Source: Macrostomum lignano
Taxonomy: Eukaryota
DNA length: 64,000 bases
Assembly (NCBI GenBank): GCA_002269645.1
Contig: NIVC01001187.1
Span: 62,001 to 126,000, forward strand
Reading direction: 5' to 3'
Below are positions 19,516 to 33,659 of the stretch, in pieces (positions within the stretch are counted from its first letter, which is position 1; each line of letters opens with the position of its first letter). The notes below the pieces were generated by a model that was not told where the DNA came from, ran no database searches, and worked only from the letters and a program-made list of their open reading frames with translations. A program made the position numbers and the translations under genes.

Positions 19516-22500
19516 TCAAAGTCCCGGATCGCCCGCGCCTCGCTTGCTCTGCGACTCCGAGAACGCCTTGGCGATGGTCCGCTTCATCTCGTCGTCGCCC
19601 TCCTCGTACATCTGGCGCATCAGCCCCATCATGCTGGCGCTGGGGTCCTCGTCAGCGCCCGGCGCCTTCTTGCTGCTGGCCGCCTTCTTGGCTTCGCTGG
19701 CCCGCCGCTCGTGCTCGGTGACGAATTCCCACCTGCAGTGCGAAATGGGGGAGGCTCACCTGACTGCCTGGGTGCATATGGTCATGGCCCTCTGCCTGAG
19801 TGCATATGGTCATGGCCCTCTGCCTGACTGCATATGGTCATGGCCCTCTGCCTGACTGCATATGGTCATGGCCCTCTGCCTGACTGCATATGGTCATGGC
19901 CCTCTGCCTGACTGCATATGGTCATGGCCCTCTGCCTGACTGCATATGGTCATGGCCCTCTGCCTGACTGCATATGGTCATGGCCCTCTGCCTGAGTGCA
20001 TATGGTCATGGCCCTCTGCCTGACTGCATATGGTCATGGCCCTCTGCCTAACTGCATATGGTCATGGCCCTCTGCCTGACTGCATATGGTCATGGCCCTC
20101 TGCCTGACTGTATATGGTCATGGCCCTCTGCCTGACTGCATATGGTCATGGCCCTCTGCCTGACTGCATATGGTCATGGCCCTCTGCCTGACTGCATATG
20201 GTCATGGCCCTCTGCCTGACTGCATATGGTCATGGCCCTCTGCCTGACTGCATATGGTCATGGCCCTCTGCCTGACTGCATATGGTCATGGCCCTCTGCC
20301 TGACTGCATATGGTCATGGCCCTCTGCCTGACTGCATATGGTCATGGCCCTCTGCCTAACTGCATATGGTCATGGCCCTCTGCCTGAGTGCATATGGTCA
20401 TGGCCCTCTGCCTGACTGTATATGGTCATGGCCCTCTGCCTGACTGCATATGGTCATGGCCCTCTGCCTGACTGCATATGGTCATGGCCCTCTGCCTGAC
20501 TGCATATGGTCATGGCCCTCTGCCTGACTGCATATGGTCATGGCCCTCTGCCTAACTGCATATGGTCATGGCCCTCTGCCTGACTGCATATGGTCATGGC
20601 CCTCTGCCTGAGTGCATATGGTCATGGCCCTCTGCCTAACTGCATATGGTCATGGCCCTCTGCCTGAGTGCATATGGTCATGGCCCTCTGCCTGACTGCA
20701 TATGGTCATGGCCCTCTGCCTGACTGCATATGGTCATGGCCCTCTGCCTGAGTGCATATGGTCATGGCCCTCTGCCTGACTGCATATGGTCATGGCCCTC
20801 TGCCTGACTGCATATGGTCATGGCCCTCTGCCTGACTGCATATGGTCATGGCCCTCTGCCTGAGTGCATATGGTCATGGCCCTCTGCCTGACTGCATATG
20901 GTCATGGCCCTCTGCCTGACTGCATATGGTCATGGCCCTCTGCCTGACTGCATATGGTCATGGCCCTCTGCCTGACTGCATATGGTCATGGCCCTCTGCC
21001 TGACTGCATATGGTCATGGCCCTCTGCCTGACTTCATATGGTCATGGCCCTCTGCCTGACTGCATATGGTCATGGCCCTCTGCCTGACTGCATATGGTCA
21101 TGGCCCTCTGCCTGACTGCATATGGTCATGGCCCTCTGCCTGACTGCATATGGTCATGGCCCTCTGCCTGACTGCATATGGTCATGGCCCTCTGCCTGAC
21201 TGCATATGGTCATGGCCCTCTGCCTGACTTCATATGGTCATGGCCCTCTGCCTGACTGCATATGGTCATGGCCCTCTGCCTGACTGCATATGGTCATGGC
21301 CCTCTGCCTGACTGCATATGGTCATGGCCCTCTGCCTGACTTCATATGGTCATGGCCCTCTGCCTGACTGCATATGGTCATGGCCCTCTGCCTGACTGCA
21401 TATGGTCATGGCCCTCTGCCTGACTGCATATGGTCATGGCCCTCTGCCTGACTGCATATGGTCATGGCCCTCTGCCTGACTTCATATGGTCATGGCCCTC
21501 TGCCTGACTTCATATGGTCATGGCCCTCTGCCTGACTGCATATGGTCATGGCCCTCTGCCTGACTGCATATGGTCATGGCCCTCTGCCTGACTGCATATG
21601 GTCATGGCCCTCTTCTGCCTGACTGCATATGGTCATGGCCCTCTGCCTGACTGCATATGGTCATGGCCCTCTGCCTGACTGCATATGGTCATGGCCCTCT
21701 GCCTGACTGCATATGGTCATGGCCCTCTGCCTGACTGCATATGGTCATGGCCCTCTGCCTGACTGCATATGGTCATGGCCCTCTGCCTGACTGCATATGG
21801 TCATGGCCCTCTGCCTGACTGCATATGGTCATGGCCCTCTGCCTGACTGCATATGGTCATGGCCCTCTGCCTGACTGCATATGGTCATGGCCCTCTGCCT
21901 GACTTCATATGGTCATGGCCCTCTGCCTGAGTGCATATGGTCACGGCCCTCTGCCTGACTGCATATGGTCATGGCCCTCTGCCTGACTTCATATGGTCAT
22001 GGCCCTCTGCCTGACTGCATATGGTCATGGCCCTCTGCCTGACTGCATATGGTCATGGCCCTCTGCCTGACTGCATATGGTCATGGCCCTCTGCCTGACT
22101 TCATATGGTCATGGCCCTCTGCCTGACTGCATATGGTCATGGCCCTCTGCCTGACTGCATATGGTCATGGCCCTCTGCCTGACTGCATATGGTCATGGCC
22201 CTCTGCCTGAGTGCATATGGTCATGGCCCTCTGCCTGAGTGCATATGGTCATGGCCCTCTGCCTGACTGCATATGGTCATGGCCCTCTGCCTGACTGCAT
22301 ATGGTCATGGCCCTCTGCCTGAGTGCATATGGTCACGGCCCTCTGCCTGACTGCATATGGTCATGGCCCTCTGTCTGAGTGCATATGGTCATGGCCCTCT
22401 GCCTGAGTGCATATGGTCATGGCCCTCTGCCTGACTTCATATGGTCATGGCCCTCTGCCTGAGTGCATATGGTCATGGCCCTCTGCCTGACTTCATATGG

Positions 22501-23171
22501 TCATGGCCCTCTTCTACCTGAGTGCATATGGTCATGGCCCTCTTCTACCTGAGTGCATATGGTCATGGCCCTCTTCTACCTGAGTGCATATGGTCATGGC
22601 CCTCTTCTGCCTGACTGCATATGGTCATGGCCCTCTTCTACCCGAGTTTATGTCCCACAGCCAAGCAAGCATGGACCCACCTGTTGCAGGCGGCCTTCCG
22701 CAGGCTCAGAAGCACCTGATCGGACTTGACCTTGAACGAGCAGCTGTCCGGCAGGATGCGGTCGTACAGGCGGGGAATTCGCAGCTCCCTGTCACGACCG
22801 TTCAGGCCGCGAACCCGCAGCAGCACGGAGTTCTCGGTGAACTCGGCCGTCACGGCGTCCTTGTCGAGGCTGCCCACCCCGGACAGGCCCTCGGACACAT
22901 AGAGCTTGCAGAATTTGTCCGAGTCGTCCCAGGCGTAGGTTTTGATCTCGGTGGTGAAGGACCTGTCCGACTGGCTGGCGGCCGAGCCGGCCGACTTGCC
23001 CGCTGGCTGGTCGCCGCCGGCGGCCTCTGCGGCAGCGGCCAAGTCCGTCTCAATGCGGCGAATCTGCAGGTCCAGCAGGTCCTGCACCCGCGGCCGCTGG
23101 CTGCTGGCGCGAAGTTCGCGCAGCTCCTGAAGGTCGAGCCTCTGATTTTCCAATGCAGCGGCTGATGACAT
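19516..23171 (-). CDS. CACYBP: Calcyclin-binding protein / Siah-interacting protein
   Basis: Exons 23171-22681 and 19732-19516. N-terminal helical domain, CS domain (IKTYAWDDSDKFCKLYV...KVKSDQVLLSLRK), SGS domain (DPSASMMGLMRQMYEEGDDEMKRTIAKAFSES). Confidence 0.93.
19775..22640. repeat. 28-bp intronic minisatellite (GCATATGGTCATGGCCCTCTGCCTGACT), about 100 copies
   Basis: Highly homogeneous array filling the CACYBP intron. Confidence 0.97.
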
Positions 23172-23516
23172 GGTGGCTGAGCTGTTTGGTCTGCAGTGGC
23201 CAGATAAGTTTAGTCTAACAGTTTGCTCAATACAATACTACACTGATCTAGGTATTTGAGCATCTTATACTTAATAACATTTTTTCATACACTAAAAATG
23301 ACATACATATAACCGATTGTACAACCCTCTGAGATTCTATATGAACTTTGGTTTGTTCAAGCCTTACAACCAAAGTTAAATGCAAATTATAATTTCGCAA
23401 AGCAGTTTTTAAGAGAACTCTTTTTATTTTTGGAATTCAGAGTTTTATCAATATTATTTTTCCTGTACTGTTGTAATCTTTTTGAATATTAAAGAAAATT
23501 TTCAAAATAACTACAC

Positions 23517-24135
23517 CAAAGGTCAGCAACCTTCTCCACTTGAGGGCCAGATGAGGTTTTCAGTTCAAGTACATGGGCCACAGGTCGCCCCTATTACCCC
23601 GCCCCTCCCTGGGTCTTTACCCTCCAAAATCCCCCATGGGTCTCTGGTTGCACCACTGATGCGCTAAAATATAATTTGATGCTGAAGACACAGAATTAAA
23701 AACAAGTTTATAATAATTTGATGCATTCTTAGAAAGTTTGATTCTATTGCACAGTCAGCCCAATCAATGCACTAAATTTGTATCCCCATTGTTGGCTAGC
23801 TACCACCTCACTTTCCTTTGCTGCCAGTTACCCTATTTCTATTCTATTCAAAATTTTGAACTGATATGCTGTCTTTCTTTGAAAACTTTAAAAACAGACT
23901 TTGTAAACAGCCACTCAGACTTAGTCTGTGTCTCATTACAAATTTATAATTAAAATTGACAATTGGGCAGAGAGAAATTCCTTATTTTCAATGCACAAAA
24001 CTTTTATGGGCCAAAAAATGAAGTTGATTACAATGGTGCAGGCCAGATTATAATAATGAAGATAGAAGAAGTTTGTAGGCCGCATAGAAAGTCTGCGGGC
24101 CAGATCTGGCCATGGCCAAAGGTTGCCAACCCTTG
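23517..24135. mobile_element. hAT-type MITE
   Basis: Imperfect TIRs CAAAGGTCAGCAACCTT / AAGGTTGCCAACCCTTG; perfect 8-bp TSD AACTACAC (23509-23516, 24136-24143). Confidence 0.85.
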
Positions 24136-25173
24136 AACTACACAATACCCATATAGCTTATTTATAGTAATATCAAAAGAATATTGCTTAAAATTATATT
24201 TTAGCTCATATAATTTAAATAAACCTATAGTGGGATAAAATGAATACAAATCCTAAAACAAGAGTTCCAGGCACATATAAATGGATAAATATAATTTTAA
24301 AAGACAAAAAATAGACATTATTATAGCTAATATAATTCTAAATTCCAAAAATTTAAACTTTATAAATAATAAACCTATCCCACAAAAGCCAGATTGATTT
24401 TTATTGGAAATAGTATAAAGCAACAATCACTAAATAATGACATCAAATATACTTTTATAAATTTAAAGTTCTATTATATTAAAATTTCTTGCTATATCCA
24501 TAGCTATAGCCATATTTCAAATTTTTCCTATAGCCTATCTATATCTATAATTAGTGAATTTTCTACTTCTTATTCTTGCTAAGTGCCACTGGCTAGTAGT
24601 ATACTAACTATAACAAGAAAGTTATATCATAGATGGGTCATTAGGACCTCTTGCTACTAGCTATTATAGTTGCAAAAATGCAACATTGAAAAGTGTTTTG
24701 TAGGTAATGTAGAACATATCTGATGTTCAATACCCATTAACTTGATTGTCCTTTTCAATATTTTCTTTCTTCTTTCTTTCCTTTCTCAGTTCTCTCTATG
24801 TCTTTCTCTTCTTTTCTTTTACCACTTTTCTTTCTTTTCTTTTTCTCCTTTCTTTTTTGCTTTTCTTCTCTCTTTTTCTTTCCTTTTGCCCCTCTCTTTT
24901 TATGTTTAAGTAACCAATAAAATAACAAAATCTTCTATGTTTAATAAGATCTTTTGTAAGAGTTATGGTCTACTTATAAATGTGTTCTTAAGAATATAGA
25001 ATAGGCCCATCAAAAGCATTGAATTATTTTCAATATAGCCTCTTTAGTAGTAGTAAATACTAGGCAGCCTCTTTATTGGTATTATTTATCTTAATTTAGG
25101 CCTCTTACTATCCCAATGTGCATGCATTATCAAAATTTCTACTGTTTAGATCCTTATCCTATGGACTTGAGAG

Positions 25174-25705
25174 TAGGGATTGCAATCCCAGGATCCCAGG
25201 ATCCTGAAATCCTGGGATTGGGCCTAAATTTGGGACTCTAAATCCCAAGACAATTTTTGCTAATATTTTACAAAAAATGCTATAATATAAACATAATTAG
25301 GCCCACAACTAGTTTATTATATTGTGCTAATTTCCATTAATTGCCTCATGTCATGTGGCACCTTTTTAAACCCCACATCACAGATTCAAATATGAAATTA
25401 ATTCCCATTTAAATTTTGATATGATTTGCTTCTTTATTACTAATTAGTATATTTATACTATTTACTTCAATAGGTCACAAGATAATGCTGTTTTTCATTT
25501 ACAAATAGATCATTAGGCCTATCTCTATAGCATAAGAATAAAAAAAGTAAGCAAAAACGCATTTAGCACATATTTTGCCTTAAAATTTCAACCTGGAAGC
25601 ATAAAAATCTGTATTATTCTGATCCCGGGATTCAATCCTAGGATTGGCCAAATCTGGGATTAAATCCCAGGATCACAAAAATCTGGGATATTGTAGCAAT
25701 CCCTA
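25174..25705. mobile_element. hAT-type MITE
   Basis: TIRs TAGGGATTGC / GCAATCCCTA, subterminal GGGAT/ATCCC motifs; 8-bp TSD CTTGAGAG / CTTAAGAG (7 of 8 match). Confidence 0.8.
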
Positions 25706-27579
25706 CTTAAGAGCTCCTTTGCATTTGAAAATGAAAATATTTATCTCAATTTTAGCCCTATTAGGCCTACCCTAATTATTATAATATGGATATGGAAAAT
25801 TCTTTATTGCTTGAGTTCCTATTCTTGGGACTTAAGAGCTTATTGGAACTGCTCTTCTGTTTCAAATAAGGGGGGCTACACTAATCTATTATGCTATAGC
25901 CTACAACCTACAAGGCAAATAAATATAGCAATAGACCTAGGTAGGCTAGCTAACAAAATCTCATAAAAGCTTTGAAATTTAAAACATTCATATATTTCAA
26001 AAGTATTTTTACTGATCTACCCCTACATAGGCCTATCAAAGCAATGGCTTCAATGGTAATTGGTATTTTATGTCTTAAGTCTTCAAGTTATTGAGTGATC
26101 TAGATATAAGAGCTTAGTGAGGTATTTTAGTATTTAGGCCTATAAAAAATTGTTCTTATAGGCCTAGGCCTAACCATATTTATATCTATATGATCTGTCT
26201 AAAAACCTTTATATCCATGGCTTCTTATTGCCATATCATAGCAGACTAGTGGAACTTTAATTGAATTTAAAGATAAAATTGCAACATAGTGCCTTAGTGG
26301 GGCGGCTGGGGCCTACATTAATTAGCTACAAAAATATTGAAAAATACTGAAAAATCTGAAAAAATGAAAAATCTAACCCAGGCCGACTCCATAAAAGTCT
26401 GAAAGGCTTGAAAACATAAAAAGTTAATTATGTCACCCACGTGGTTTCCCTAGTGTACCTATTACGCAAATGATAAACCAAGACCACTCCACACCCACCA
26501 ACCCCATTCCTTCGGAAAAAGGAAAATTCTAGAAAAATAAGTACAATACAACATAGCAAAGTAATACTGGCTAATTTATTATTTAATTTTTTTACTTGAG
26601 AAAGTACTTATAAGAGAGCAGTTTGCAAATTTTATGTTGATGTACGAATATTTTTGATAAAAAGTCAGGAAAAGCGAGTCAGGCTAAATTTTAAACAGTA
26701 CTTTTATATGAAATTATAAATTAGTGTTTCGGATATCGGATTAGGAACACACCCGACGACAACCGGCTAGCCGGGCCAAAAGCTTACAAAATCATCGGGC
26801 TAACCGGCAGGAAAGCGCGCTCTCGAGCTCTCGCTTCTCCCGGCTAGACGGGCCCAAAGCGCGCTCCCATACAATCAAATGGGAGTGTATCAATTGAAAG
26901 CTTTTAACGGGTGTTTAATAACAATTTGCAGTATAAAAATCGACGTTTGTTAATATTAATTCGCTTGCATGTAATTTGAAAACAAAATTTACAGGAATGA
27001 GCTAGGGTTCCTGTGTTCAACGTTCAACAAAAGCTTTTAAGGCATATTTGTTGTGCTACTGTGCATTGCTGTGCTGGCCTATGCACTAGACTAAACAAGT
27101 GAAGGCTTCGTGTACAAGATAAATGAAAGGAGCTTTTCTGAAATTTCTTGTGCATTATTATGTTATTGCTTAAGTAATTTTGTTCTATAGTTTAAGCTTG
27201 TCACGTGTCAGTTAATTAATAATACAGGCATTTGAAATATAAATGTAGGTCTAATATTTTGAGAAGTAACTTATAAGCTGCTTTTATTCAATTATAAAAA
27301 GGCTTCAATTCAATTAAATTCTATTTATTTAGCTATAGCCCTATGTGTGTAGGAAAGCCTATTGAGCACTAAGCCTGGGCCTAGCTTATTGACTGACTTG
27401 GACTTAATGAATAGATTTAGCTAACTTACTAGATAAGAGCCTTAAAATTTTTGTTTTTTCTATCTATCTACTTTATGTATACCAATAGGCCTAGACTAAA
27501 TAGCAAACTATAAAACTAAGCCTACAATATTTTACATGTATATCAAATACCTGATGTTTGACTTATTTTCCTTTCCTTA

Positions 27580-29260
27580 GTTCCCCTCTCCCCTAACCTT
27601 GGATTTCCTCCTTCTAACCCTGGCTTCCCTTCCTTGACCTTGGCTTCCCTCCCCCTGACCCTGGCTTCTCTCCTTACTGACCTCTGGCTTCCCCTTCCCT
27701 GACCCTGGCTTACCTCCCCTGACCCTGGCTTCTCTCCTCCCCTGACCTTGGCTTCGCTCCCCCTGACCCTGGCTTCCCTCCCCTGACCCTGGCTTCTCTC
27801 CCCTTGACCCTGGCTTCTCTCCACTTGGCCCTGGCTTCTCTCTCCCTGACCCTGGCTTCCCTCCCTTGACCCTAGCTTCTCTCCCCCTGACCCTGGCTTC
27901 CCTCCCTTGACCCTGGCTTCTCTCCCCCTGACCCTGGCTTCCCTCCCCTGACCCTGGCTTCCCTCCCCTGACCCTAGCTTCTCTCCACTTGGCCTTGGCT
28001 TCTCTCCCCCTGACCCTGGCTTCCCTCCCCTGACCCTGGCTTCTCTCTGCCTGGCCCTGGCTTTTCTCCTTACTGACCCCTGGCTTCTCTCCCCCTGACC
28101 CTGGCTTCCCTCCCCTGACCCTGGCTTCTCTCCCCTTGACCCTGGCTTCTCTCCACTTGGCCCTGGCTTCTCTCCCCCTGACCCTGGCTTCCCTCCCTTG
28201 ACCCTAGCTTCTCTCCCCCTGACCCTGGCTTCCCTCCCCTGACCCTGGCTTCCCTCCCTTGACCCTAGCTTCTCTCCCCCTGACCCTGGCTTCCCTCCCC
28301 TGACCCTGGCTTCCCTCCCTTGACCCTTGCTTCTCTCCGCCTGGCCTGGCTTTTCTCCTTACTGCTGACCCCTGGCTTCTCTCCCCTGACCCTCGCTTCC
28401 CTCCCCTGATCCTGGCTTCTCTCCCGCTGGCCTTGGCTTCCCTCCCTTGACCTTGGCTTCTCTCCCCAGACCCTCGCTTCCTTCCCCTGACCCTGGCTTC
28501 CCTCCACATGGCCCTGGCTTCTCTCCCCCTGACCCTGGCTTTCCTCCCTTGACTCTAGCTTTTCTTTCCCTGACCCTGGCTTCTCTCCGCCTGGCCTTGG
28601 CTTCCCTCCCTTGACCCTGGCTTCACTCCCCTGACCCTGGCTTCTCTCCGCCTGGCCTGGCTTTTCTCCTTACTGACCCCTAGCTTCTCTCTCCCTGACC
28701 CTGGCTTCCCTCCCCTGACCCTGTCTTCTCTCCTCCCCTGACCCTGGCTTCTCTCCGCCTGGCCTGGCTTTTCTCCTTACTGACCCCTAGCTTCTCTCTC
28801 CCTGACCCTGGCTTCCCTCCCCTGACCCTGTCTTCTCTCCTCCCCTGACCCTGGCTTCTCTCTTTACTGACCCTGGCTTCCCTCTCTTGACCCTAGCTTC
28901 TCCCCCCCTGACCCTGGCTTCCCTCCGCCTGGCCTGGCTTCTCTCCTTACTGATCCCTGGCTTCTCTCTCCCTGACCCTGGCTTCCCTCCCCTTACCCTG
29001 GCTTCTCTCCTTACTGACCCCTGGCTTCTCTCTCCCTTGACCCTGGCTTCACTCCCCTGGCCCTGGCTTCTCTCCCCTGACCCTGGCTTCCCTCCCCTGA
29101 CCCTGGCTTCTCTCCTCCCCTGACTCTGGCTTCCCTCCCCTGACCCTGGCTTCCCTCCCCTGACCCTGGCTTCCCTCCCTCTTGACCCCTGGATTCCCTC
29201 CCTCCTGACCCCTGTTTCCTTCCCTCTTGACCCATGGCTCCCTCTCTTGTTCGCCCATGG
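27580..29260. repeat. ~20-bp pyrimidine-rich array (CCCTGACCCTGGCTTC...) in the left foldback arm
   Basis: Degenerate tandem units; reverse complement of 36480-38070. Confidence 0.92.
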
Positions 29261-31934
29261 CCCTCCTTCTCCCATGGCTCGCTCCCTTCTTTTTTAAACA
29301 TCTCTCCTGACCCCTCTTGACCCGTAACTTCTGCCCTGCTCTGCCCTCTTGCTCTGACGTCTGCTGTCTGCTCTACCTTGCTCCTTTGCCCCCTGCTTTT
29401 CTGTCCTCTGGTTTTCTGCCCCCTGCTCTGCCCCCGCTGCTTTGCTCCCTGCTGTCTGCTCTACCCTGCTTCTCCGCCCTCTGCTAAAGTAGTCTCGTAT
29501 TAGTACCAAGAAGCACAGCTTATTGAAAGCACATTCTTCCTTCAGAAAAAGCTACCGGTGAAGCCCAGCTGCTGTCCCATTGGCACCTTTGCTTTTGCCT
29601 CTGGTGCGATTGGCCTAGCAACAAACAAGCAGCTGTTTGTTCACAAGCAGCTGTTCACCCACAAAAGCTATCCAAGCGCGAGCTTTCTAACTATATATGT
29701 GCACACTGAGCTGAAATTAGTTTGTACGTACCGCCACTATGAGTTCTGATACGCTGACATCTGGTGCAACCGTTACGGCCGGGTCTGCCGCTGGTTCCGC
29801 TTAAGCAGCCGCCTCAAACATCGCTGCTGCAGCCGAAACTGAAGCTGGCTCCGCCAAAGCTATTTTTTAATTCGACAATTCTTTTAACATTTAGATCACC
29901 GAATTCTGTTAATACATGTTCAGATCTTGTAAAGCTCAACAAAAGCACCCATTTGTCATCGCCCTTTTCCAATATTGCTACTCGCATTACTCCCTGTGCA
30001 ATGGGAGCCACACTCGACGTTTTTGGTGTCGTGTTTTTAGGTTGTTTATGGGTGGATTTTCTATTTGTAAAAGCATTTTTCGACTCAATGCAGTTTGTAG
30101 CATCGGAGTTTCATATATTTTTGCTGTGATTTCTGGGAGACATTTTTTCGAGACGATACTGCTCTGTGACAGGGTGGTGTTCAACGTGTGCCATTTTAAT
30201 TCAATCCTTGATCACAAAGCTCGGAGCAAGTGCCACTAGACTTCAGTGTCAGGCTTTCAGTTTAAGCAAATAATCCAAAATAATTTCGGCTGTACCATTG
30301 TGGACCAACAATGACCAACCCCTTACGAGTATACTGTCAAAATCCTGTTGTTTTTACAGGTTCTTATATTTCTACAAGGAACTGACAGGTGTCTTTTGTT
30401 GTTACCGCCAATTAATTTTTTTAAACATTACTGCTCTTCATGAAGACGCGTGCAAAAAATACAGATAACTTTCATGTTACATACAGTTATGACCAGGAGC
30501 TTTCCGATTTTAGTTGGTCATATAATTTTGTCGAAAACTTGGTTTTGTGTTTCTGGAGTATTTCTTAAATAGCATGCGCTCCGCAAAATTTTGTTGATTT
30601 AGCTTTACACTCCAGAAGTAAAATTTTCTCAGTGAACTCACATTTTATTTCGCTCTTAGTGGTGCAGCTTAAGCATGTTTCGAATGCTCCCAGCAAGCTG
30701 CCGAGAGTTCCTGCACTGGCAAGAAAGGACGCTGCCTTGGTGTAGGGCGCTGAAGTGAACAAAAGTGCGCTCGATCGTCAGCGGTGCACATTTGCTGCAT
30801 GGGCATTCAGTTTTGTGCTGAGCGGTGACGTACGCTTTTTTGAGGGCTCTGCAGTCCAGGCGGCGTCATGAAGGAGGGAGTGGGTGCTCCTGCTTCTGAG
30901 AAGCCCTCAGAGTACTCTGGAGTGAGAGTTCTGCTTCTCACATTCGATGTAGTTGAATAGTTCCCGCATGCTAGAATATGCACTGTGCCCTTTGACAACC
31001 ATTGTTATATAAGGTCTTGGTTGCAAGCTTGGTGCTCCTGAATATAGACCATGAAATGTCTGTTAATGGTGTCTTAGTAAAAGTGCTCAAGAGAGAAATC
31101 TTCATGCGATTCTGATGAGCGCTCACCCTGGTGGGCCATGGGTATTCCGGCTATAGTGGTTGCATGGAGCAAACCTGAGGCAGGGGTCTAGCAAGGAAGA
31201 CTCACTTATTGTGTATTAAAAATTTACGCATATTCATACATGTAGGGTCGAATTGGGCTTTCAGCAACGCAGGGGAAGCGGCAAAATAAGGGGGGGGGGG
31301 CTCGCAGCAGTCTACTGATTCAGTCGGACTGCTAGTCTGGGGAGCTGTCAAAACAGCCGATGCGCGGTGCACCACTGCACCAGCTGCCGATGCTGCTTCA
31401 GTCGCCTACCAACCTGTTCGCGCTGCCAGGAGCGAACTACAAATTAAGTTTTTCCGCTCGATCCAAGTCATGTGACGAAACCCGGGGGCTGCCTGAGAAT
31501 ATCTGTGTAAACCTCTGGGCTCTAGCGCTGAAAATTACCAGCCGCCATGCATGCCTCACATGGACTTCTCCACCTCTGGATGCTGTTTTGTAGCTGACGT
31601 TGCGGTCAAGTTTCAATTATCTCGACAGCGTGGGCCCGGGTTGTTTGTTTGCCGAAGGGCGTGGCCGCCTCTGCAGTCACTTGTGCAGGAGTACACCCGA
31701 AAAACTCGACACTACTAGAAATGGCACGTACATGTACATGTAACACTCTAATGGACTCTATGCGAGGAGGCATACAAGGGACGGTTTACTTGTAATCAGT
31801 GCTGGAAATGAGGAATTTAAAGACTTTTGCATAAGGGGGATCTTTAGTTGGTGGGCGACTCTATAGGAAATGAAGCTGGGGTTCCCGGCGGGGACCGCGG
31901 TGGTTCGGTCTCGCGGGAAAACAAACAATAATAA

Positions 31935-32240
31935 AACAAATTTGTATCACCGCGCCGGCCTGGTGCGTCCAAGCGACCTGTTGCGCCGTCGGCGACTCCA
32001 GCTGGCAGGCCACATCATCCGCGCCGAATCGTACTGGCCAAAGCCGGTGCAGGAGGTGCTGCTGCTGACGCTGCAGGCACCGGCCCTACCGGCGGGGACA
32101 GGCGCGCACTCGGCGTTTCGACTCGACTAGCTGCCTGCTGGCTGATGCTGGCGCCCCGGAGCCGGCGGCGTGGCGTTCATTCGCGACCTGGCCTTGAGGC
32201 GCGCCGTGTGACGCTGACTGCGTATTCTGTTGTTGTTGTT
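31935..32240 (+). mobile_element. 5'-truncated RTE-like LINE fragment
   Basis: Encodes LYHRAGLVRPSDLLRRRRLQLAGHIIRAES (post-RT region typical of RTE/L2-like ORF2) with frameshifts; ends in a (TTG)n tail. Confidence 0.6.
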
Positions 32241-33659
32241 CTGGTACGTGGCGGCTATGCCTTTTGGCGTGTACCTATAAAAAACCCGGATCGGCCGCTA
32301 GTTTTGTTCAGGGGAGCTTGACCACTAATCAAGCATACACCATCAACAGCCGAGAGTGTTCAACTAAATTACAGCAGGATGCATACTATAGAGAGCGAGT
32401 TCTAGGGAGTCTTCACTGGAATCAGTGTGTAATCGCTGAAAGAAAGGAGATTGCGAGCATTTTCATTAGAACGACATGTTTCGCCTAACTTTAGGCATCA
32501 TCGGGCAGATTGGAATTTATTTAATTTAAGTCAAAACGTAGAGTATAAATACATTTCAGTGGCAGATAGTCAGTGATGCACAAGATTGTAATAACGCAAT
32601 TGTACTTCTTCGTACGTACGTATGGTCAAGTCACTTGGCTATTATTCTGTTACATGTAATTTCTAGCTCATGTAACTGTATAAATGATGCATGGGATGTA
32701 CGTATATGATACATGTGTAGATCACAGTTTGTGTGTTCCACAAGTCATAAATAATGTTACCAATATGGCATGATAAACATGGCCATGTACATGTATGCGC
32801 CTTATTGTAGGTAGAAACTGTGTTCAGGTATATTCTATTGTATGTCAATACATTTTGCACTTACATGTATAGTCGTAGAGTTCACGTCCTGGAAAGCAAT
32901 TACTCGTAGCACATGTGCATGAAGCTGTGATTCTTATTTTAAAGAAGATTCTTAACCAAATTTCTTAACAGTCCAGAGGTGCACGCACTAAATTCAGGGA
33001 ACGGCAGGAGTCGCATGCGGACGTCCGTTCTGTCTTCCGTGTACTTCTACATGTACGTATATAAGAAATTCCATTGAAGCCATTCAGAATCGCTTCCGTA
33101 CTTTATTGGTGCTCTCCCAAGTGCTAATGACACCTCCTCGCTACGCCCCAACATTGGCACCTACACAGAACACACTAACACCTAACCTCATCTTTTAATG
33201 AGTTGCATAGCGCTATGCGTGATAAAGTACTGTACGAGTAACGCAAGTTACCATCGATAATAATCTCAAAATTCTATCCCTTTTCTAACAGCCCGAAATA
33301 CATGAACTCGATCAAATATATCGACGAGCTACAGTGTATAGTGCATGTATATCGATTTATACCACTTTCTAGAATGTATCCTATTGTACACCACACCACT
33401 CAGCACCCACCACACCACATTACTCAATGCAGGTACATTATATCGCAGAAGTCACATAAACGCTGGAAGAAATATTTATTAAATTGTTAGAAATCGACAG
33501 TAACTCGTACATGTACAAGGGTACATACGTAATTGTATGTGGCGCTTTCATCAATAAGGCTTTTTAGCATGTCTTAGTTTTTTAAACAAACGAACTAAAA
33601 CAAGTTTATTAGAGCATACTTAAGGTCTTAAAAATAGCGTCACACAGCTATATTCCCCT

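Noticed and set aside
19775-22640. CRISPR-like 28-bp repeats
   Set aside because: No spacers, eukaryotic intron, no cas genes.
29814-30250. ~130-codon minus-strand frame with one internal stop near the left arm's inner edge, checked as a possible THAP/P transposase
   Set aside because: No THAP C2CH or DDE motif recognisable.
31840-31925. Weak 5S rRNA-like stretch and GC hairpin upstream of the RTE fragment
   Set aside because: Similarity too short and degenerate; no HDV or hammerhead topology found.
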